Shown: one piece after another, positions 57,795-64,000 of the stretch
How the letters are laid out: every line of letters starts with the position of its first letter
Numbering within the stretch: the stretch's first letter is position 1
NCBI GenBank assembly: GCA_963677435.1
Contig: OY781945.1
Location: forward strand, 2,048,001-2,112,000
From: an uncultured Aliarcobacter sp.
GTDB taxonomy: Bacteria; Campylobacterota; Campylobacteria; Campylobacterales; Arcobacteraceae
Reading direction: 5' to 3'
DNA length: 64,000 bases
Program-made: the position numbers and the translations under genes
The notes under the pieces: model-generated
Database searches by the model: none
What the model was told of the DNA's origin: nothing
Seen by the model: only the letters and a program-made list of their open reading frames with translations

Positions 57795-58724
57795 CTACTT
57801 CATCCCCTCATAAATCTCTTTAATTGCATCCATAAAATATCTGTGATGATTTGGTGTTTTTGCAACTCTATAATCTTTAATTCCTAAATGCTCTGCAACT
57901 TCTGCATATTCCATATCAAGTTCATATTCAGTTTCAGAATTATCAACTGTAAATGATATTGGATAAATAATTACCTTTGATTTTATCTCTTTTAACTTAT
58001 CTTCCATATAAGGTCGTAACCACTCCATTGGTCCTAATCTTGATTGATATGCCACATGTATTTTTTTGAAAGTTATATTTTGTTCTTCAAGCTCTTTTTT
58101 CGCACACTCAACATTTGCTAAGATATGTTTTTGATATAAATCACCTTTATTTATTATTTTTTGAGTTAGTCCATGGGCTGAAAATATAAGTTCGAAATCT
58201 TCTGAATTATCTCCTTTTAAAGCCTCTTTTATTCGTTCAACTATTGCTTTATTATAAAATTTATTGTCATAATAACTATCAATTGTTTTAATTTTTTTAT
58301 CAATATTATATTTCTTTGCAACTTTTACAAACTCTTCAATTGATGATTTTGTTGTAGTGCTTGAATAGTGTGGATACATTGGAATTGCATAAATTTCATC
58401 GTAATTTATTAAATCTTTCATAATATCTTTTGCAAATGGTGGTGTATATCTCATTTCATAAAAAACATCAGCATCTATCTCTTTATTTAACCTTCTCACC
58501 AATCTTTTTGTATGCCCAACAATCGGAGACATTCCACCTAATTTTCGGTAATTTTCTTGTGATTCCTTTAATCTTTTTGAAATAATTATTTGACCAATCA
58601 TTGCTCTTATTGGTTGAGGAGCTCCAATAATATATTTGTCATTAAACATATTTCTTAAAAATACTTTTACTTCACTAATATTATTTGGACCACCCATATT
58701 CATTAAAACAACTGCTCTTTTCAA
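57795..58724 (-). CDS. hemH: Ferrochelatase
   Basis: MNMGGP, MRY, PMYPHYS, FSAHG, YQSRLGP.EWL.P, DNSET. Confidence 0.95.
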   Translation of the reverse strand: MKRAVVLMNMGGPNNISEVKVFLRNMFNDKYIIGAPQPIRAMIGQIIISKRLKESQENYRKLGGMSPIVGHTKRLVRRLNKEIDADVFYEMRYTPPFAKDIMKDLINYDEIYAIPMYPHYSSTTTKSSIEEFVKVAKKYNIDKKIKTIDSYYDNKFYNKAIVERIKEALKGDNSEDFELIFSAHGLTQKIINKGDLYQKHILANVECAKKELEEQNITFKKIHVAYQSRLGPMEWLRPYMEDKLKEIKSKVIIYPISFTVDNSETEYELDMEYAEVAEHLGIKDYRVAKTPNHHRYFMDAIKEIYEGMK

Positions 58725-59173
58725 AACTTATCCTTTTCTAACATCTTTTTTGTAATTTTATGTCTAAAATCAAACATCTTTTGTAAATCTTTTATTACTA
58801 ATCTTTCAAATAATTTTCCTATAAATCCAAATGGCATTTTAAAGGTAACAATATCTTTTAACTCACTCATATTTCCATGTTTAATAAAGATATGTTTATG
58901 TTCCCAAAAAGAAAATGGAGATTTCATTGCAATATCTACCAATAAATTTGGTTCATCAATTTTTTCTATTTTAACTTCCCAATTCATTGGTATAAAATAT
59001 TTAGTGCTTTTAATTTTCAATATTTGTGATACTACGGGTTTAAAATCTTTTGTTAATAATTCCACCTTAGTATCAGGAGGAGTAATATATGTTAGATTAT
59101 TAGTATCTAAGTGGAAATCAAAAAGAGATTTTGTATCACAGTTGATATATGAACTTTTTATAAATGTTTGCAT
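58721..59173 (-). CDS. SRPBCC family protein
   Basis: FDFH....NL..ITPP, SPFSFWEHKH, MFDFRH; likely start ATG 59173. Confidence 0.82.
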   Translation of the reverse strand: MQTFIKSSYINCDTKSLFDFHLDTNNLTYITPPDTKVELLTKDFKPVVSQILKIKSTKYFIPMNWEVKIEKIDEPNLLVDIAMKSPFSFWEHKHIFIKHGNMSELKDIVTFKMPFGFIGKLFERLVIKDLQKMFDFRHKITKKMLEKDKF

Positions 59174-59253
59174 TTTTTTATCCTTGCACAAATATTTTAT
59201 ACAAGGATAATTTACAAAAAATAAGATATTTTTAGTAGGTAGTTTTTGTAGGT

Positions 59254-59964
59254 TTATAAACTTCTTCGCTCAATGTACTCTCTAAAATCTTTTGCACCCT
59301 CTTTTGAACTTGTTATTATTTCAGCGATTCCATCAAAAGATATTTCAAGTTTTGATTGTTCTACACTTCTCATGGATTTGATTTTATCTACATTTACAAT
59401 ATAAGATCGGTGAATTCTAAAGAAATTTTTTCCACTTAAAAGTGTTTCTAAATCCCCTATTTTTCTTCTTACATAAGCATCTGCTTCTTTTATTTTGATG
59501 ATAACTTCATCTAAATCAGCTTTTATGTAATAAATGTCATTTATATCTATTAAATAAAGTTTATCTCCTCTTTTACCAAGGATTTTTTTTGATTCATCTT
59601 TTGACGAAACAGTAAAACTTCTAATCTTATCTAAGACATTTTTTATATCATTTGATTCAATTGGTTTTACTAAATATCCCATTCCACCGTTTTTAAAAGC
59701 TTCAAGAGCAAACTCTTCATAAGCTGTTTGAAATATGATAAAAGTTTTTGGCTCAATTTGCATGATAGAATCAGCAAGTTCAAGTCCAGAAATATTTGGC
59801 ATTGAAATATCTAAAAAAACTGCGTCAAATTTTGTTTTTGTAATCTCTTTTAACGCATCAATTGGATTATCAAAAGCTGTTATATCTTCAATTCCATTTT
59901 CATTTAACAATCTTTTTAATCTGCTTAAAGCTAGACTCTCATCATCAACAATCATTATTTTCAA
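59254..59964 (-). CDS. LytTR-family response regulator
   Basis: VDDE, FLDISMP, FFRIHRSYIVN. Confidence 0.93.
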   Translation of the reverse strand: MKIMIVDDESLALSRLKRLLNENGIEDITAFDNPIDALKEITKTKFDAVFLDISMPNISGLELADSIMQIEPKTFIIFQTAYEEFALEAFKNGGMGYLVKPIESNDIKNVLDKIRSFTVSSKDESKKILGKRGDKLYLIDINDIYYIKADLDEVIIKIKEADAYVRRKIGDLETLLSGKNFFRIHRSYIVNVDKIKSMRSVEQSKLEISFDGIAEIITSSKEGAKDFREYIERRSL

Positions 59965-60087
59965 ATTTTATCCTTTAAAATGTCCCATTTAAAAGGGACC
60001 ATCTAATTTAATGACTACTTTTTAACAATGAAGTAAATTCATCTAAAAGTAGCAAAATCCTAAAGAAGGCAACGAGTTGCCTTTTAT

Positions 60088-61074
60088 TTATTTCAATTCT
60101 ATTATAAATTGCATTTTATCATCAAAAACCAAAGATGACAAGTTTCCCACTTTTTGCAATTCCAATCTTTTTTGAAGATTTGATAAACCAGTTCCGAATT
60201 TTACAATCTTTGCTATTTTGCCATCATTTTGAACAATTATTTTATCTTTTAAAAATTTAATATTTATATTTAAGACTGTACACAAATATCCATGTTTTAT
60301 TGCATTCTCTACTAAAAGTTGAATTGAAAATTTTGGTATTCTTATATTTTTATATTCATTAAAATCTTCAATATTTAAAACAATTTTTCCATCAAATCTT
60401 ACATTTTCAATATTTACATAGGTTTTTACCATTGAAAGCTCTGTTTCAAGGCTTATTAAACTCTCTTTATTTATGGCATTTCGCAAGAATTTTGATATTT
60501 CAATAACTGCACTTTCTGCTTTTTTTTGATCTTGATATATTAGTTCTGAAACAGAATTTAAAGCATTAAATAAAAAATGAGGATTTAATTCATTTTCTAA
60601 AGCTTTTAATTTTGTCTCTAAAATCTGATTTTTAATAAACTCATTTTTATATTTCATAGAGATAAACTGATGTAGAATCAAGCCAACTAAAAAAGTCAAA
60701 AATCCAATAGTAACAGAGATATAGTGCCAAAATGGTGAGATAATATATAAAATTTTAAAATCACTAAAAGAAAAAAGCATAAAAGAAAAGCTAAATCCTA
60801 AAAAACCAGCTAAAAAAGAGAAAATAAAACTAATCAAATACCAGAACTTTTTATTTACCTTTGGAAGTATAAATTTATTAGAAATAGTGATTAAAAAAAA
60901 TGCAAACAATGAAATAGAAACAGCACTGCTTGTACTAAAAATAATAGTTGAAATATTTTGTAAATCATCACTTAAAAAATAAAAACATAAAGAGATAAAA
61001 AAGCCAAAGAATGCCCCAATAATTATAATATAAAGCCAATCTTTTGGTGCTATTTTTAGTTCAACTGTTTGCAT
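60088..61074 (-). CDS. LytS/YehU-type sensor histidine kinase
   Basis: NPHFLFNALN, Q.LVENAIKHG, GTGLSNL; N-terminal TM helices. Confidence 0.92.
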   Translation of the reverse strand: MQTVELKIAPKDWLYIIIIGAFFGFFISLCFYFLSDDLQNISTIIFSTSSAVSISLFAFFLITISNKFILPKVNKKFWYLISFIFSFLAGFLGFSFSFMLFSFSDFKILYIISPFWHYISVTIGFLTFLVGLILHQFISMKYKNEFIKNQILETKLKALENELNPHFLFNALNSVSELIYQDQKKAESAVIEISKFLRNAINKESLISLETELSMVKTYVNIENVRFDGKIVLNIEDFNEYKNIRIPKFSIQLLVENAIKHGYLCTVLNINIKFLKDKIIVQNDGKIAKIVKFGTGLSNLQKRLELQKVGNLSSLVFDDKMQFIIELK

Positions 61075-61092
61075 TTAATTCCTTGTTTAGCA

Positions 61093-62319
61093 TTAAAATA
61101 ACTTATATTTTACAATTGCTTTTTCATAACAATTTTCTAAATTATTTTTTAACATCTCTATAATTTGTAAATCTACTTTTCCTTCTTTACTCATTTCATC
61201 TAAAAGATTAAAAGAATCATCCATTGAAATTCCCATTCGGTAAGGTCTATTTTGAATAAAGGCTTGAAAAATATCAGAAACAGTTAAAATTCTAGCTTCA
61301 AATGGTATTTCAGACTCTTTTAAATTATATGGATAACCTTTTGCATCTAAGGTTTCATGGTGTAGAGAGGCTAAATAAGCTATTTTTTTGAATCCTTTTA
61401 TTCTTCTTAATATTACATAAGAATCAAAACCATGTCGATTCATTTTTATTCTCTCTTCTTCATTTAAAGTACTAGTTTTATTTAAAATAGAATCATCAAC
61501 TCTTAACTTTCCAAGATCATGTAATAATCCAGCAAGTTCAATTATTTCACATGATTCTTCATTTAAATTAAATAATTCAGCTAAATATCTAGCTAAGGAA
61601 CTAACCCCAACTGAATGTTCAGAAGTAAACTCACTTTTTGCATCAACAACTGCTGCAAACATTAAAGATATATTTTTCAAATCATTAAATTCAAAACTTT
61701 CATCTTCTACTTTGTCTATCCAATCTAAAAAATATCCTTCTAAAGCTTCACTTTCCAAATAAAACCAAAATGAATTCCTTGAAGATAAGGAAAAAAATGC
61801 TTTAACTAATTTATCTGAAAACATATCATTTGAATATTTTTCTAAAACTTCTAAAATTTTGGGAACAACTTTAATTCCTTCATTTTTCATTTGAGCATTA
61901 AGTGCATCTACTCTATCTACTAAATAAATAATATTTGAGAGTTCTTTTTCTAATAAAGTTAAAGTTTCAGGTAAATCTTTCCAATGTGTATGATGATATT
62001 TAACATATACTGCATATTTTTCATAAATATTTGTAGATTTTAAAAGGTTATAACCTCGTAGAGAGTGTACTTCTGAATTATTCCAGTCCAACTCTGAGAC
62101 TAAATGAGTATGTACATCTGTTGAAGATACACCGCAATCATGAAGCATTCCTAGAAATATCAAATCATCAATAATACTTTTATCAAAATTTAACTCTTTT
62201 GCAAGTTCAGCAGCCATGAAAGCAACTCTTTTGCCATGTAAAGTATCATCAATTCCAACTAAATCAAGTGCTCCTGATAATGCATATGTAACTTCTCGAA
62301 TATTCAAATTATACTTCAT
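61093..62319 (-). CDS. Tandem HD / HD-GYP phosphodiesterase
   Basis: LHDCG; LHDLGK, HHETLDAKGYP, RPYR. Confidence 0.9.
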   Translation of the reverse strand: MKYNLNIREVTYALSGALDLVGIDDTLHGKRVAFMAAELAKELNFDKSIIDDLIFLGMLHDCGVSSTDVHTHLVSELDWNNSEVHSLRGYNLLKSTNIYEKYAVYVKYHHTHWKDLPETLTLLEKELSNIIYLVDRVDALNAQMKNEGIKVVPKILEVLEKYSNDMFSDKLVKAFFSLSSRNSFWFYLESEALEGYFLDWIDKVEDESFEFNDLKNISLMFAAVVDAKSEFTSEHSVGVSSLARYLAELFNLNEESCEIIELAGLLHDLGKLRVDDSILNKTSTLNEEERIKMNRHGFDSYVILRRIKGFKKIAYLASLHHETLDAKGYPYNLKESEIPFEARILTVSDIFQAFIQNRPYRMGISMDDSFNLLDEMSKEGKVDLQIIEMLKNNLENCYEKAIVKYKLF

Positions 62320-62368
62320 TCAACTCTCCTTAACAACTAAGTTATCATTCTACAATAGCTACTGTTCT

Positions 62369-63802
62369 TTAAAACTTAATGAAATTATTTTTGTTTAATT
62401 CTTTGTTTAAAACATCAACTCCTACTGCAATTCCTGGCCATCCTTGTCCTGCAAAAACCGTATCTCCAACATTGTATAATCCCTCAAAAGGAGTATTACA
62501 GCTAGGCAGACTTAAAGCTGATTTTATATTTATTGGTTTTCCACCACAATTTGTTCTATTTATAAATGAATAAAAAGTTTTTGAAGTTGCAGCGAAATTT
62601 GATGTTATATTCTCTTTTTTTATAGTATCAAAATATTTCAAAAACTCTTGAATAATAAACTCTTTTGTTTGCTCTTTTTTTAGCTCATATTCATCTTTTG
62701 TCAAACCTTCCCAAAAAATTGCTTTTGAGTGAGTTGAGATTGTGAGACTTAGTCCATTTTTTGACATTTTTTCATCATTTATATCACTAAAAGAGACAAA
62801 AAATGAGTTTGAGATGCAGTTTGGAATATTTTCTTTTAAAACTATTTGATAGTGGTGTAAAAACTCTTTTTTTATATCTAGTTTCATATACACAACAAAA
62901 GCACTTTGGTCACCAAATTTAAAACCTTGGAAATATGATTTTATATCTTCATCTTCAAAAAGTTTTGAACTATCAAAAATAGTTGAATTTAAAACTACTT
63001 TATTACATAAATATTCATCTTTTGTAGTTTTTAGAAGATATTGTTTTTCATTTTTTACTATAGAAATCACTTGTTCATTTTTATTTACTTTTACATCTTT
63101 TAATAAATCTTCAATTAGTTTTCCCATTCCACCATTTACATAAAAAACCTTATGAAATGGATATGCTAAACCTAAACTCATTGATAATAGTGTTGCATTT
63201 TTTGATGTTGTTTGAAGTGTGATTAAAAGTTGTGAATCTATAAAAGCTTTATATTCATCACTAATATTTGGCAAAGTATCATTTATAAATTTTTGAGCAC
63301 TTATTAGTAAATCTATTTTAAACTCTTTTAAAAGTTCAGCTATAAAACAAGATGTTTTAAATAGTGCTTTTAGAGAATATTTTGCAAAATAAATATGTTT
63401 TAGTTTCCAAAACTTTTCATCAATCTCTTTTATTTTCGTCCAAAAATCTCTATTGTTTTTGTGATAATAAACACTATTTAATTGGCTCAAAAACTCTTCA
63501 AAATTTTGAACTCTATCTACTTTTTTATTTCCTTGAATATTTCTAATGGCAATTTTACTTTGTAAAATATCAGGAACTAAGCCAACTTTATCAAAAATAT
63601 TTTTAATAATATGACCATCTTCATATCCTACAAAAGTTGTTGCTCCCGTATTAAAATGATGACCAAATCTTTTAAAAGTTGAGGCGCAACCTCCAAGATT
63701 GTGGTCTTTTTCAAAAACCACTATGTCTTTATCTTTATTTAGTGCAGCAATCATTGTTCCACCAATTCCAGAACCTACAATTGCAATATCAATTTTTTTC
63801 AT
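62369..63802 (-). CDS. Phytoene desaturase-family FAD oxidoreductase
   Basis: VGSGIGG, GGCASTF, GGMGKL, VGDTVFAGQG. Confidence 0.82.
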   Translation of the reverse strand: MKKIDIAIVGSGIGGTMIAALNKDKDIVVFEKDHNLGGCASTFKRFGHHFNTGATTFVGYEDGHIIKNIFDKVGLVPDILQSKIAIRNIQGNKKVDRVQNFEEFLSQLNSVYYHKNNRDFWTKIKEIDEKFWKLKHIYFAKYSLKALFKTSCFIAELLKEFKIDLLISAQKFINDTLPNISDEYKAFIDSQLLITLQTTSKNATLLSMSLGLAYPFHKVFYVNGGMGKLIEDLLKDVKVNKNEQVISIVKNEKQYLLKTTKDEYLCNKVVLNSTIFDSSKLFEDEDIKSYFQGFKFGDQSAFVVYMKLDIKKEFLHHYQIVLKENIPNCISNSFFVSFSDINDEKMSKNGLSLTISTHSKAIFWEGLTKDEYELKKEQTKEFIIQEFLKYFDTIKKENITSNFAATSKTFYSFINRTNCGGKPINIKSALSLPSCNTPFEGLYNVGDTVFAGQGWPGIAVGVDVLNKELNKNNFIKF

Positions 63803-64000
63803 TATTTGCTCTTTTAAACTCTTCTATTGCTCTTTTTCTTGAAAATTCAATACTTACAATCTGAGTTGGATAATCTAAAAATATATTTGATTGGACACCA
63901 TTTTCACTATGAATTTGTTTTGCTGGCACATCTGTTAACTCTTTTAAAACAGATTTAATAAAAATAGCCTCTTTATCAAATTTTGCTGATTGTAAATATG
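63789..64000 (-). CDS. C-terminus of a probable DNA photolyase/cryptochrome; 5' end outside the window
   Basis: Manual translation YLQSAKFDKEAIFIKSVLKELTDVPAKQIH...YPTQIVSIEFSRKRAIEEF matches the Q..KFD...YI...PEL..VP...IH...YP.PIV....R.RA pattern. Confidence 0.75.
   Translation of the reverse strand, partial: YLQSAKFDKEAIFIKSVLKELTDVPAKQIHSENGVQSNIFLDYPTQIVSIEFSRKRAIEEFKRANNEKN

Noticed and set aside
1886..63864. Many short ORFs overlapping larger genes (e.g. 2294-2695, 4381-4743, 14800-15117, 28774-29178, 32943-33401, 45699-46112, 49709-50083)
   Set aside because: Antisense or alternate-frame shadows of well-supported genes, with no motifs.

Overview
AT-rich chromosomal window, inferred to be from Campylobacterota and most like Arcobacter/Aliarcobacter (cbb3 oxidase ccoNOQP, cbpA-hspR, bioV, mutS2, mtaB-mscS-aroB). 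Positions 1-14393 are the right end of an integrative island bounded by a 3' fragment of tRNA-Leu(CAA) at 14338-14393. Read on the minus strand, the island carries a degenerate HNH gene, a tyrosine integrase, a Fic protein, a Xis/HTH regulator and a type I R-M system (hsdR-S-M). It then continues into a closely spaced four-gene cassette: an unknown 418-aa protein; a wHTH/Zn-ribbon protein fused to a class III nucleotide-cyclase-like domain; a TIR protein with an uncharacterised C-terminal region; and an AbiK/DRT4-like reverse transcriptase. The RT is absent from the ORF track because it runs off the window edge. This cassette is the best candidate for an undescribed anti-phage system. The rest is mostly core genome, with these exceptions: a complete dlt operon in a diderm, including an unannotated dltX and a His-to-Asn change in DltB; a SEFIR/TIR gene next to a frameshifted DUF2326-like ATPase; a probable AUU start codon on a DEAD-box helicase; a repeat-rich region near 47.3 kb; and a photolyase-linked cluster at the right edge. 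All family calls come from motif reading by eye; no searches were run.
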